The notes: generated from the sequence alone by a model not told the origin. DNA of 64,000 nt from Eledone cirrhosa (GCA_964016885.1 CAXHJY010000106.1:1-64000), one strand, 5' to 3'; positions 44,544-59,239 are shown, numbered from the stretch's first letter. Program-made: numbers and translations.

Positions 44544-46526
44544 TTTTCTCTTTCTCTTAATTTCGAGTATATTTTTTTGACCGGCCACCTTCCTGGTGGC
44601 AAGGTTGTAAAAGAAAAGAAATTGTCATCCCTTGAATCGCAAGAATGTTTTGCATATTTTGAAGGTGCCAGCTATCGCAGCCATTTGTAGACTATGAATT
44701 AGGGAGCTGCGCTTTTTGTCCGCAAATCCAAGTTCGGTCATACTTTGGTCCAAGCGGGTTGGTATATAACCCGTAGCACCAATAATGATGGGTATGAAGC
44801 TAAAGGTGTATCTTGGATACTGGATTTGTAAGCTCCTCATCAATGGTCCGTAGATGTCCTCCTTCTCCTGTATTTTTCTGACAACGTTTACATCAAGTGG
44901 GCAGCTGATCTCCACAACAGAACACGTTTTCAATGTGTGGTCCCAAACTACAATATCAGGCCGGTTGTGCTTTAATTTGGTGGCAGTTTTTATTTTCAGG
45001 TTCCACCAGTATTCCTTAGTGCCATCTGTCTCAATATATTCTTCCTCGTTTGTTGTTAATTTTGTTTTCCGAAGTGCGTTCCAGATAGTTCTAGCTATCC
45101 CATCGTGTCTCATGGGGAGGTAGTAGCGAGATGACATTCTTTCGCAGCTGGCAACAATGTGGCTTACATCCTCGATCTTTGTTTTACATAGCCTACATTT
45201 ATTGTCAGCTGCTGGCCCTCCTCTTTTGTGCAGCAGATATTTGGTAGGGAGTTCTTGTTCCTGTATTGCATAGAGATATCCCTCAAGGTGTGATGTCATA
45301 AACTTGTCGGAACTCCATGCCAGGCTTTTTGAGTGGTTTATCCCCTCTATGGTCTGTGTTTTACGCCTCAAGTATCCATGCACAACTTTCTCTGTAAATT
45401 GGTCAATTTTTTTTTCTTGTTTGAACATTGAATAGGATCTTCCGATTTCTCTGGGTGAGAGATTTATATCAGGCTTTATTCCATATCTCTCCTCCAGATC
45501 AGTCGCTATTCTAATGATATTTCTTTTTTCATGCTCATAAACCTGAGCAAGATGGTCGCCAACCTTTTTCCTCTGTTGAAGGTGTTGCTTCAGTGTTACT
45601 ATCCGGGTTTCATATGTTGTTAATATTGATTTTAGACCCCGGCCACCTTCCTTGCGTGAGAAGTATAGCCTATCCACATCACCATTGATGTTAAAGTTCC
45701 CAGTAACACTGAGAAGTTTACGAGTTCTAACATCCATCTCACTTAGTTCTTGCAATGACCAGTTCAGTAGGCCAAATGTTGGCGTTAGAATTGGCACAGC
45801 ATAGGTATTGTGGGCAATGTATTTGTTGTATGCTGACAGTTCTGATGACCATATTTTTTTTACTCTTCTGAGGTATTCAGTTCTGGTTCTCTCCTTATTT
45901 ATGGGTCCATCATATCTGACATTCTCATCCTGTCCAAGATATCTGTAGTTGTCACCTGACTGCAGAGGTTGTATTGTCAGGCCGTTCATATCTAGATTTC
46001 TAGAGGAGGGCACAGCTCTTCCACGTTTTACTGCCAAATATGCACACTTGGACTCACCAAATTTCATTTTGATGTCGGTTGAAAATTGTGTAATGAGGTC
46101 CAATTGTTTCTTGATGTCATTGATATTTGGCCCATACAACTTCAGGTCATCAACAAAGAAAAGATGGGAGATACTTCTGGGCCCACTTCTTTGTCCACCT
46201 TGTTTCCTGAGTAGGTAAGATAGTGGATTCAGTGAGAGAACGAAGAGTAGTACTGACAAGCTATCACCCTGAAAGATGCCCTTCTGGTAATGTATCCTAT
46301 CAGTCTTAACCTGCTCCTTCTCACCTCTAAGGATCAAATTGGTGTACCAGTTCTTGGTCAGGCGTTCAACAGCAGCTACTAATGGTTGTGGGACTTTAGC
46401 TAACTGTAAAGCCTTAATAATCCACCCATGAGGTACACTATCAAATGCTTTTTGATAGTCCAGCCACACGACAGTCATGTTTCTGCGATTCTTTGTTGTT
46501 TTTTCCTGAATCATTTTGTTAGTTAG
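44544..46526 (-). mobile_element. 5'-truncated R4/Dong-clade non-LTR retrotransposon
   Basis: RT plus CCHC plus RLE ORF, ~80-nt 3' UTR ending in AGAAAA; (CATA)n on both flanks. Confidence 0.9.
44625..46523 (-). CDS. reverse transcriptase - zinc knuckle - restriction-like endonuclease (partial, ~630 aa open)
   Basis: Motifs [43 protein letters not shown]; CRLC...H....C; RHD; RPDIVVWD...VVEISCP. The N-terminal HTYI repeats in the ORF track are flanking microsatellite, not element sequence. Confidence 0.9.
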   Translation of the reverse strand, partial: TNKMIQEKTTKNRRNMTVVWLDYQKAFDSVPHGWIIKALQLAKVPQPLVAAVERLTKNWYTNLILRGEKEQVKTDRIHYQKGIFQGDSLSVLLFVLSLNPLSYLLRKQGGQRSGPRSISHLFFVDDLKLYGPNINDIKKQLDLITQFSTDIKMKFGESKCAYLAVKRGRAVPSSRNLDMNGLTIQPLQSGDNYRYLGQDENVRYDGPINKERTRTEYLRRVKKIWSSELSAYNKYIAHNTYAVPILTPTFGLLNWSLQELSEMDVRTRKLLSVTGNFNINGDVDRLYFSRKEGGRGLKSILTTYETRIVTLKQHLQQRKKVGDHLAQVYEHEKRNIIRIATDLEERYGIKPDINLSPREIGRSYSMFKQEKKIDQFTEKVVHGYLRRKTQTIEGINHSKSLAWSSDKFMTSHLEGYLYAIQEQELPTKYLLHKRGGPAADNKCRLCKTKIEDVSHIVASCERMSSRYYLPMRHDGIARTIWNALRKTKLTTNEEEYIETDGTKEYWWNLKIKTATKLKHNRPDIVVWDHTLKTCSVVEISCPLDVNVVRKIQEKEDIYGPLMRSLQIQYPRYTFSFIPIIIGATGYIPTRLDQSMTELGFADKKRSSLIHSLQMAAIAGTFKICKTFLRFKG

Positions 46527-46576
46527 TATGTATGTATGTATGTATGTATGTATGTATGTATGTATGTATGTATGTA

Positions 46577-46609
<33 letters not shown>

Positions 46610-46750
46610 ATGTATGTATGTGTGTATGTATGTATGTATGTGTGTATGTATGTATGTATGTATGTATGTGTGTGTGTATGTATGTACGTATGTATGTATG
46701 TATGTATGTATGTATGTGTGTGTGTATGTATGTATGTATGTATGTATGCA

Positions 46751-46785
<35 letters not shown>

Positions 46786-47140
46786 GTGTATGTGTGTATG
46801 TATGTATGTATGTATGTGTGTATGTATGTGTGTAGGTATGTATGTATGTGTGTATGTATGTATGTATGTATGTGTGTATGTATGTGTGTATGTATGTATG
46901 GATGTATGTATGTATGTATGTATGTATGTGTGTATGTATGTATGTGTATGTATGTGTATATGTATGTATGTGTGTATGTATGTATGTATGTATGTGTGTA
47001 TGTATGTATGTATGTATGTATGTGTGTATGTGTGTGTGTATGTATGTATGTATGTATGTGTGTATGTATGTGTGTATGTATGTGTGTATGTATGTATGTA
47101 TGTATGTATGTATGTATGTATGTATGTATGTATGTATGTA

Positions 47141-47171
<31 letters not shown>

Positions 47172-47180
47172 ATGTATGCA

Positions 47181-47214
<34 letters not shown>

Positions 47215-47625
47215 TATGTATGTATGTATGTATGTGTGTATGTATGTGTGTAGGTATGTATGTATGTGTGTATGTATGTATGTATGTATGTGTGTATGTA
47301 TGTGTGTATGTATGTATGGATGTATGTATGTATGTATGTATGTATGTGTGTATGTATGTATGTGTATGTATGTGTATATGTATGTATGTGTGTATGTATG
47401 TATGTATGTATGTGTGTATGTATGTATGTATGTATGTATGTGTGTATGTGTGTGTGTATGTATGTATGTATGTATGTGTGTATGTATGTGTGTATGTATG
47501 TGTGTATGTATGTATGTATGTATGTATGTATGTATGTATGTATGTATGTATGTATGTATGTATGTGTGTATGTATGTATGTATGTATGTATGTGTGTATG
47601 TATGTATGTATGTATGTATGTATGT
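46527..47625. repeat. (TATG)n/(TG)n microsatellite with ~418-bp internal duplication
   Basis: The rare variants tgtaggtatg (46831 and 47249) and tatggatgta recur at the same spacing. Confidence 0.85.
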
Positions 47626-47793
47626 GTATATATATATATATGTATGTATATATATATATGTATATATATATATGTATATATATATATATGTATATATATG
47701 TATATATATATATGTACATATATATATATGTATATATATGTATATATATATGTACATATATATATATGTATATGTATATATATGTATATATAT

Positions 47794-47829
<36 letters not shown>

Positions 47830-47839
47830 TGTATGTATA

Positions 47840-47907
<68 letters not shown>

Positions 47908-47917
47908 TGTATGTATA

Positions 47918-47958
<41 letters not shown>

Positions 47959-48017
47959 ATATATGTATATATATATATGTATATATATACATATATATAT
48001 GTATGTATATATATGTG

Positions 48018-48048
<31 letters not shown>

Positions 48049-48066
48049 GTATGTATATATATAATG

Positions 48067-48154
<88 letters not shown>

Positions 48155-48502
48155 CTCTACAGTTCTTATATATTTGGTATATATATTTATCCTTATCGAG
48201 CCCTCTTTGGATTTTAGTCTTCAAAACTATTATTATTACTATAAAGAATTTTTTTCTTATATCAAAGTTTAATGGGCACCCACTGATGATTTATAAGTGC
48301 CCACCTGCATATGTTCTTACAGAAAAATATGTTAGGCTTCTACATAAACCGGAAACATTCTCCCAACTTGTAGAAAACATATAATGAAACAATTGTTTGG
48401 AAAGAGAGATATATTTTAATTTTAATTATATCTCATATAAAATAATACATGTATATATATATGTATATATGTATATATATATATATGTATATATATATAT
48501 GT

Positions 48503-48553
<51 letters not shown>

Positions 48554-48621
48554 TGTATATATATGTATATATATATATGTATATATATATGTATATAAAT
48601 GTATATGTATATATATATATG

Positions 48622-48704
<83 letters not shown>

Positions 48705-48705
48705 G

Positions 48706-48782
<77 letters not shown>

Positions 48783-48795
48783 GTATATATATATT

Positions 48796-48859
<64 letters not shown>

Positions 48860-49064
48860 TATATGTATATATATATATAGTATTAAGGATACTATTTATG
48901 GTTATGTATGTACTAAAACCTTTTATAGTTATATATATTTTAAACCCTAAACAGTGAAAGACAGTAATTTATTACTACCTTATTACCAGTAAGATAAATA
49001 GCTCAATGTAATAACATCAGTTGTTCTACAGAGCAGTTATATAGAATATATATATATATATATA

Positions 49065-49583
<519 letters not shown>

Positions 49584-49590
49584 TATAAAA

Positions 49591-49676
49591 TATATAAAAT
49601 ATTCTGCAGAAAAAACAAAAACAAAGGACCAGATAGTGCAATGTTGTTTGGTGCATCGTATTGGACTACAATATAT

Positions 49677-49741
<65 letters not shown>

Positions 49742-49818
49742 ACTCCAATCCAATACACTAAACACCCTTGCACTCTTTGGTCCTTTGTTTTTGTTTTTTC
49801 TGCAGAATATTTTATATA
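49591..49818. repeat. imperfect ~85-bp inverted repeat enclosing a (CA)n(TA)n tract
   Basis: aaaatattctgcagaaaaaacaaaaacaaaggacca... versus ...tggtcctttgtttttgttttttctgcagaatatttt. Confidence 0.8.
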
Positions 49819-50287
49819 TTTATATATTTATTTATGTCTGTAAGTCCAACAAAGGTTTGGCTAACACCACTCCCCAACTTCCCATTCCATAACATATTAC
49901 GGGCCGGTCCCCTATCAATTCAGTTCTTCTCAGAATATTTGTCCGATTGGCAAACTTCCAGATATTTCATTCTTTATCAATAATTTCTCTTTTATCTCTG
50001 CGTGGATCATTAACAAAGAACGATATATGATACATCCAGTGGGTGTGGTGGGTTTGTAATTATTCATAGAATGACCCCCTAAGTACACGACCGGGCCATG
50101 GCTATGATTATGTGTAAAAATATATCAAAGGTGGAGTCAAACTATATCCGAATTTCCCATGGCCCTGCGGGGTGTGCTTGGTGGTGGAGTTTGAAATTTG
50201 ATACTCTATTGTAACGCAATGGTTGAATCTGTTTGTCTCTCTGTCTGTTCTGATATCTCACTGAATCTATCCACCCGTTTTGTAATG

Positions 50288-50507
<220 letters not shown>

Positions 50508-51049
50508 TTCTACCTGGAGTTTCGACCGATAGATAGTATTAGCAATTGGAAAGACCAACGGAAACATTGTTCCCTCGGTCCGATTTGACGAAAGTCGATC
50601 GTTCTTTTCTTTTCATATATGTATATATATATGTGTGTGTATGTGTGTGTGTGTAAAAAGTAAACAGAAATAACCACACAATCGGTACAGTATATGGAAG
50701 GAATATATTAGGATATCACTTGAAATAGCAGGAAGAGGGTCTTAACGTTAGTCCTTCATCACAGAAAAGAATGAGAAATAAAATGGATTGAAGGGGCGGG
50801 CGATGTGGAATTGGTAAATATTTCGTTATAGATATATAAATTAATAATGGTTTCCTTCGAATAAAACAGTTCTAGTCCTGCAGAAGGCATTTCTATATTA
50901 AATATTGTATATACTTTAGTAATGTATTGAGTACTTTACTCACTGTGGTTACCACTGATTGAAACCGACACCCCCCCCCCTCCCTATATATATATGTAAT
51001 AATGAAATGACAGGAGGCTGGATTTGTGTAAATCCTTGAACGGTTTATT

Positions 51050-51106
51050 ATACTATGATCATTTCAATGACCGGTTCCGTATGAATCCGGTGATATCATC
51101 AGGTAT
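51050..51106 (-). ncRNA. minimal type-I hammerhead ribozyme motif
   Basis: Minus strand: ATAC-CTGATGA-tatcACCGG...CCGGTcatt-GAAA-TGATCA-TA-GTAT; self-complementary loop III. Confidence 0.7.
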
Positions 51107-51414
51107 TCGAAATATAATACGTGAATGTAATAGATAAAATCCATGGGGCTGAGAATCGAGGACCCGAGGGCGACCGCTATTCTGTTCCTTCAACCTCAGC
51201 CGGTCGCCCTTTGATATAAAAATGGCTTCCACAGAACTGTTTCATTCAAAAGGGCATTCCTGACTGGAGTTGTGTCAAATAAATAGGATAGATAGTATCA
51301 GCAACAGAATATCTAATGGGAACAATATTTCCTCGCTTCGATTTGACGAGTTTCATCCCATTCGGAAAGAGAATGAAATCTGGGTATCTTATCGATCGAT
51401 CGATCCTTCTCTTT

Positions 51415-51890
51415 AAATTCTGAATTCAAGTCCCACCGAGGTTTTAACTTTGCCTTTTATCCTTACGAGGTCCATAAAATAAAGCACCAGTAACACACTG
51501 GAGTGGCTTTAATCGACTTTCCTCTACCCTTCAAATTACTGGCCTTGTGCCAAAAGTAGAAACAATTATGAAAGAAGGGTTTGGCAGTATTGGTAGAGCG
51601 CTGGACATGATTTGTGGCATAGAGGTATGTCTCTTTACGTTCAAATTCCGCCAAGGTTAGCTTTGCTTTCCATCCTTGTAAGATCGCTAAAATGAAGCAC
51701 CAGTCATACACTGGGGTCTATTCAATCGACTTTCAACTCTTCCCCCAAAATTGCGCGCCTTGTGCTTAAATCAGAAACTATTACTTTAGTTATTGTTAAC
51801 TTTGCCTTTCATCCTTACGAGGTCAATAAAATAAAGTACCAGTAATGCACTGGGGTAATTGCTGGCCATGTGCCAAAACAACAAACAATT
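51415..51890 (+). mobile_element. head-to-tail cluster of 3 SINE family A variants
   Basis: Three successive ...ctttgc(c/t)tt(t/c)...gcc(t/a)tgtgc... bodies in one orientation. Confidence 0.75.
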
Positions 51891-51966
51891 ATTGTTGTTA
51901 TTGTGATATTGTTTTTGCAAGTCAGGAAGTTAGAAACAGTGTTGGATGTGTGTTTGTGGGTAAATA

Positions 51967-52001
<35 letters not shown>

Positions 52002-52122
52002 AATAATAATAATTAATAAAGAAACAAATAAATAAGCAAAGCAAGAATATGTCTGCAGACGTCATTAACAGATAAGGTGTCAAAAGTGCGAACCGGAAAC
52101 GATTAGGTGATGTCCGTTATTA

Positions 52123-52138
52123 TCGCTAGAGGGCGCCA
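52123..52138 (+). promoter_or_regulatory. CTCF-like motif
   Basis: TCGCTAGAGGGCGCCA is close to the CCASYAGRKGGCRS core and sits in a CpG-containing non-repetitive patch. Motif match only. Confidence 0.35.
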
Positions 52139-52368
52139 TTGTTGCTTGTTCAATTTTTGTTTTGTTTTTTAAACTACCCTAACTGCAGATGCTGTAGGCA
52201 TCATAACCTCTGCCGCCACCACCATCACCACCACGCCTGCCACCACCACCACCATCACAAGACACACCTTCACAAGTTACCACCACCACCACAAATCACA
52301 CTACTCACACATATATACATATTCACACACACACACACACACATATATATATAAATATATATATATAT

Positions 52369-52600
52369 ATATTTATTAAAATAACAGATTAAAGTTTAAG
52401 CAAAGAATCGCTGCTTTCACCCTTAACGGGATCTTCTGAAAGTTTCAGAAGATCCCGTTAAGGGTGAAAGCAGCGATTCTTTGCTTAAACTTTAATCTGT
52501 TATTTTAATAAATATTTGCTCTACGGTTCTTATATATTTGATATATATTTATCCTTATCGAGCTCTCTTTGGATTTTAGTCTTCAAATTTATTATTATTA
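52369..52600 (+). mobile_element. palindromic element, family H6, with variant hammerhead core
   Basis: 73-bp perfect arms at 52369-52441 and 52443-52515 (1-nt spacer); AGTTT-CAGAAGA-tCCC gttaa GGGt-GAAAGCA...TGCTT-AAACT; tail GCTC...GAGC, with a solo tail copy at ~48150-48240. Confidence 0.7.
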
Positions 52601-52620
52601 CTATATATATATATATATAT

Positions 52621-52750
52621 AGGAACAGAGTCAGGACTCCAGTCCTTGATAAGTTCAGCTAGGTCCCTGCCGTCCTAATATTACTGGTTTAGTTCGGATC
52701 TAGCTGTCGAAACGGCCGGAGCTCAGCCGTCGGGGTCCTGACTCTTTTCC
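52621..52750 (+). mobile_element. family H3-related element with degenerate full hammerhead
   Basis: GGAACAGAGTCAGGACTCC pairs with GGGGTCCTGACTCTTTTCC; TTGATAA (degenerate core), CAGCTAG/CTAGCTG stem, GAAACGGC...GCCGTC. Confidence 0.55.
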
Positions 52751-52774
52751 AATATATATATATATATATATATA

Positions 52775-53229
52775 TACGATATTAAATAAATGGAAACTAT
52801 ATTTATAAAACCATATTTATTTCATTATATATATTTCAGGGATATCATATTAACAATATGTTATGCCTTCTTCAGACAAAATACAATATAGACAGTTTTA
52901 TAGATAAATAGATTTGACATACCGTTCAACATCGACTTGTATTTGAAAAAGTTGATTTGGCAGATCAACTTTTTCAAATACAAGTCGATGTTGAACGGTA
53001 TGTCAAATCTATTTATCTATAAAACTGTCTATATTGTATTTTGTCTGAAGAAGGCATAACATATTGTTAATATGATATCCCTGAAATATATATAATGAAA
53101 TAAATATGGTTTTATAAATATAGTTTCCATTTATTTAATATCGTAAATATACTCCAAATACTTGTTGAGTGCTTTTATATCAGTTATAAATATTTACTAG
53201 TTGTAACCCAACAATTTAAATATAACTTT

Positions 53230-53231
<2 letters not shown>
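52775..53231 (+). mobile_element. palindromic hammerhead-containing element, family H5
   Basis: 182-bp arms at 52775-52956 and 52964-53145, 7-nt spacer; tail ATACTC (ACTC at 53151)...GAGTGC; (TA)n flanks. Confidence 0.8.
53039..53100 (+). ncRNA. minimal type-I hammerhead ribozyme motif
   Basis: TTTTGT-CTGAAGA (53045)-AGG...CCT-GAAA-TATATA-TA-ATGAAA. Confidence 0.7.
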
Positions 53232-53320
<89 letters not shown>

Positions 53321-53458
53321 AAAACAACAAAGAAACGCCGAAGTGTGTGTACACAGGGGTATATATGGTGTACCGAGTGCATATCTACATATTTCCTTAA
53401 TGATGTACACTTCCTCATCAGCAAAGTTTATGTAAACACTATAACTACGTATTTTATC

Positions 53459-53513
<55 letters not shown>

Positions 53514-53674
53514 ATATGAGAGGTTTGTCTATCTTATAATGCCCAACAGAGAAATCTACCCCACCTTAGTTCGATGCTTCCAGCGTTGAAATAACCATGT
53601 TCTTTAAATCAGGATTGAAGTGAACTTTGATGACATTGTTCACACACGGATCTCTCTTTTTCTCTCACACACAC

Positions 53675-53781
<107 letters not shown>

Positions 53782-53949
53782 TGTGTGTGTGTGTTGCCTA
53801 TTTCGTTTCCTTTTAACTTGAATTAGTTGAAAAAGTACGTTCTTTGACTATCTCCATCCCCTATACATAAATCTCTTTATTTGTTTATTATGGCTCTATA
53901 TAATGTCTATTGAGAAACACAATATTCTCAACATATTTGTTATGTTTTG

Positions 53950-54054
53950 GTCCCGCCGAGGTTGACTTTGCCTTTCAACCTTACGGGTTCGATAAAATAA
54001 AGTACCAGTAATGCACTGGGTAATTGCTGGCCTTGTGCCAAAAGTAGAAACAAT
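53950..54054 (+). mobile_element. SINE family A, 5'-truncated
   Basis: Family body. Confidence 0.8.
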
Positions 54055-54082
54055 TATTTGTATATATATATATATATATATT

Positions 54083-54286
54083 TAGGAACGAGTAGGACCC
54101 CGACGGCTGAGCTCAAGCCGTTTCGACGGCTAATTCTGGTCCAGAATTCAGTCCAGAATTAGCCGTCGAAACGGCTTGAGCTCAGCCGTCGGGGTCCTAC
54201 TCGTTCCTATTACCCACTCTGCTACCCTAAGTATTGAGTACTTTGGTGCGTTATGGTCCACCTGGTACCTTACCACATTTCCTTCT
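54083..54286 (+). mobile_element. palindromic element, family H3
   Basis: 57-bp perfect arms at 54083-54139 and 54153-54209; hammerhead 3' half; tail CACTC...GAGTAC. Confidence 0.75.
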
Positions 54287-54298
54287 ATATATATATAT

Positions 54299-54558
54299 AT
54301 ATCACAGAAAAAGAGAATCAGTGTTGCGACGAAAGGAATTTATTGGACATATTACAATTGTTTCTCGGGCGACCAGCTCGAGGCACGATCGATGTGGTGA
54401 TCAAACCTGACTCTGAAATCGCGCGGTCCTCGGATGTCTCGATTCTACGAAGCAGATTTTCCTATACCTACTTTTTCTGTGATATCATACTCTGCTCTAC
54501 GAGGGCATCGAGTGCTCATACGACCTACGGCATACGGACACATTAAACATCCAATACC

Positions 54559-54560
<2 letters not shown>
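54299..54560 (+). mobile_element. element with 15-bp inverted ends plus ACTC...GAGT tail
   Basis: ATATCACAGAAAAAG / CTTTTTCTGTGATAT (ends 54485), then cATACTC...GAGTGC; (TA)n flanks; no hammerhead core seen. Confidence 0.5.
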
Positions 54561-54598
<38 letters not shown>

Positions 54599-54677
54599 CA
54601 AAAGGAAAAACAAACAAACAAACACAGGAGTCAATAGTACATAGTGTTGTTAGCTTCAAGCTTGGTGAGAGTGGGGG

Positions 54678-54716
54678 AGGCTACGACGTTTCGGAGATAA
54701 GTCCTTCATCAGGAAA
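54678..54716 (-). ncRNA. hammerhead-like core
   Basis: Minus strand: CTGATGA-aGGA cttatc TCC-GAAAC gtc GTA; stem I is poor. Confidence 0.5.
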
Positions 54717-54849
54717 TTTGGGAGGAACTACGAGAGGGAGTAAAGAGGGGAGTTAATAGGAAAACATGAAAGGACGGGGAAAATAAAAATAAACATGAAA
54801 ATCAAAATAAATAAAAACAGAATTAAAAAGAATATAAAAAAAAAACAGA

Positions 54850-54902
<53 letters not shown>

Positions 54903-54930
54903 CTTCATATTATTAAGGCTAAATAGTGAG

Positions 54931-54980
54931 TCTTGTTACTCTGGAGTTTCGCCTGTTCATCACAGGGTCAGCAGACAAGA
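54931..54980 (-). ncRNA. hammerhead-like motif (family H7), one core substitution
   Basis: Minus strand: TCTTGT-CTGCTGA-cCCTGT gatga ACAGGc-GAAACTC ca GAGTA-ACAAGA; perfect 6-bp stem I. Confidence 0.6.
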
Positions 54981-55505
54981 ACTAACATTCAAATAACAGA
55001 GACAGCAAAAATTTCAACCATTGAAGTTTCGAAACAAACAAAAAAACATAGACAATATAAAAATGCCACCGAAAAAAATAATATATATATATAAACAAAA
55101 AAAAACAAAAATAAAACAAACTTATAAATAAAAACAAGTTCAACAACAACAGCAACACCAAGAACAACATTGATAACAAGATAAAGATAATAAGTATACG
55201 AGCGAATGAGCAAATATATGAATAGAGGAATAACCGAATGAGTGAATGAGTAAATAAACGCAACGGTAACTAAATACGTCATTCCACACGAATGATGTAA
55301 ACAAACGACTTCGCGTCATCAGCGGGGCTTTTTTAAGTCTTTAACGGATAACGCTCTAATAAGCTCTCTTGAATGTCTGTGTGTCTATGTATACACACAC
55401 ACACACACATATGTATATATATATATATAAATATATGCATACACACACACATATACACACCTATATATATACATACATATATCGGTACACACACACACAT
55501 ACACA

Positions 55506-55556
<51 letters not shown>

Positions 55557-55714
55557 GAATATATCCTTATACATATATACAAATATACACATATCTGTGT
55601 ATATATACACACAAACATCTATATATATACATACATATATACAAAAATGCATACATCCACACATATCTATATATACATACGTATATGGATACGTATATAC
55701 AAACATGCATACAT

Positions 55715-55778
<64 letters not shown>

Positions 55779-55917
55779 TGCCGGGTTTACCATTGTGCTC
55801 GGGTGGGCTTAATAACAGGGCCCATCTTCCTGCCAAAAACTTCTTTTACGATGACATTTTTCGAATGTTTGGGGCCTTATGGCATAACTAGCACAGGGCC
55901 TTATTTTTCCTAATTCC

Positions 55918-55971
<54 letters not shown>

Positions 55972-55976
55972 CATAT

Positions 55977-56305
55977 CTAGGGCGGGTAAAATTCCCGAGA
56001 TCCATGGACGAGTTCTCTCCAACGGTCTCTGTCACTCATTATCGCTGCCATGTCCTTCGTCTCCAAGAGCCGAGTGTCTGTCCTTAGGGCATCAACATAT
56101 GTCAACCTCGGTCTTCTTCTTCCAGTGTGTCCATGAAGGGGATCCCACAGGAGCACTGAGTGCAGTGTCAACTCTGGATGTCGGTGAGCATGTCCAGCTA
56201 ACCCCAGTCTCCTCTGTGTCACTTTTTCAGCTGACTTTTGGGAGTGTATACTGATTAATGTTCAGAGCCATCCTCAGCGTTCTCGTGTATAACTCATCCA
56301 ATATC
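55977..56305 (-). pseudogene. 3' fragment of RTE-type non-LTR retrotransposon
   Basis: LDELYTRTLRMALNI...QRRLGLAGHAHRHPE...VLLWDP...GRRRPRLTYVDALRTDT...MSDRDRWRELV is a typical post-RT C-terminus of RTE/RTE-X-like LINEs. Confidence 0.75.
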
Positions 56306-56552
56306 TGTCTGCTGCAGGTCTCCGACATTTCTACGCATTAAAGACTATGTGTTGAAATGTCAGTGATCTCCAGCAGACAACGGAAGAGAGGACCTGTCCC
56401 TTGTTTGTCCTTTCCTTTTATTTATATATATATATATACATATAGATATATATACACACACGGGTTGAAAATCCATTCAGTGAAACGCGCGCCATCCAGT
56501 ATGGTTTGCTAATTTGTTGTGGACCTAAATCTCACTCTGTCCATATATATAA

Positions 56553-56559
56553 TGATAAC

Positions 56560-56596
<37 letters not shown>

Positions 56597-56900
56597 CTTT
56601 CTTTATTAACCACAAGGGTTTACACAGAGTAGACATTAAGGACAGTACAAGACAATACAAGACGGTACAAATGGGCATTTCTGCGTGTAAAAAAAAACAA
56701 AAACAGAGGATGTAACAAAAACGAAACAATGAAACATTCCCCAACAGGGGGGAGACTTCCGAGGGGCATTCGTGGAGAAAGCCCATTAAAAAGCCACGGT
56801 GACCCTGACCACCAGGGCAAATGCCCTCTCCCAGTTTTCCACCTTTAATTTACAGACACATACTCAGAGTAGGCCATTCACTCGGGCCATTCTTGCGTCT
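56553..56900 (-). mobile_element. LINE 3' end (L1/Tx1-like?) with AATAAA and (TTA)n tail
   Basis: Minus strand ends ...TGTGGTTAATAAAGAAAGCATTATTATT; clade assignment is tentative. Confidence 0.45.
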
Positions 56901-57049
56901 CTATAATACTACTACTACTACTAATAATAATAATAATAATAACCCCCTCTTCCTTACAAAAATACAAGCTATAAAAATAACTCCTCTTCATACCCACTCC
57001 ACTATCATTAGCACGAAAATGAAAAGGCCAATGATAACACTTCGTAGAC

Positions 57050-58220
<1,171 letters not shown>

Positions 58221-58310
58221 TTGATATACATTTACATACATATATATACATATTCTCACATACCTATACATATACATACACACGCACATATATACATATA
58301 CACATACACA

Positions 58311-58385
58311 CAGAGTGTCCCAAAAGAATGTATACATAATTCAACCGCATTCTAAGCAAAGTGTTGATACCTTTTGGGGACACTA
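58311..58385. mobile_element. tiny Tc1/mariner-like MITE remnant
   Basis: CAGAGTGTCCCAAAAG ... CTTTTGGGGACACT inverted ends; similar single termini at ~27765-27780 and ~59013-59030. Confidence 0.45.
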
Positions 58386-58530
58386 CATATATATATATAG
58401 AGAGAGAGAGACATACATATAAATACATACACACGTATACATACATATATACATATACATAACCTGTATATATATATATAAATATATACATATATACATA
58501 ACCGGTATATATATACATATATACATAACC

Positions 58531-58586
<56 letters not shown>

Positions 58587-58669
58587 GGTTATGTATATAT
58601 GTATATATTTATATATATATATATATATACATTATATATATATATATATTTATATATACAGGTTATGTG

Positions 58670-58701
<32 letters not shown>

Positions 58702-58756
58702 CATATATATATACATAACCTGTATATATAAATATATATATATATATATACATGAC

Positions 58757-58805
<49 letters not shown>

Positions 58806-58855
58806 ACCTGTATATATATATATATATATATATATAAATATATAAATATATATAT

Positions 58856-58888
<33 letters not shown>

Positions 58889-59239
58889 AATATATACATA
58901 ACCTGTATATATAAATATATAAATATAAATATAAATATATAAATATATATATATATAAATATATATATAAATATATATATAAATATATATATATATATAA
59001 ATATATTTATATATAGGGTGTCCCACAAAATTGTATATACCCAACTAAGACACAAAGGTGGAGCCAATATGTTCTGTCTCCCGCTGTGGTTTCTTGAAAC
59101 AGAGTTTCTTTCGCTACACCAAGAATTCTTCCAACGTTCCGCTCGGCAATGTTATTTCTATAAACAACAGCCTATATAGGCAGACCCCGGCAACCTTTCA
59201 TTGAGTACCTACCCTACCAGCAAACTGGAAATTGTCTAT

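Noticed and set aside
46524-46751. N-terminal HTYI-repeat extension and start codon of the 708-aa ORF
   Set aside because: This is flanking (CATA)n read in frame; the element is 5'-truncated within the RT domain.
48270-48305. CTGATGA as a hammerhead core
   Set aside because: No stem II followed by GAAA; only a small TGGGCAC/GTGCCCA hairpin.
52150-52310. Possible acceptor site (ccctaac...tgcag) and exon
   Set aside because: It runs into CAC low-complexity sequence with no donor site or recognisable product.
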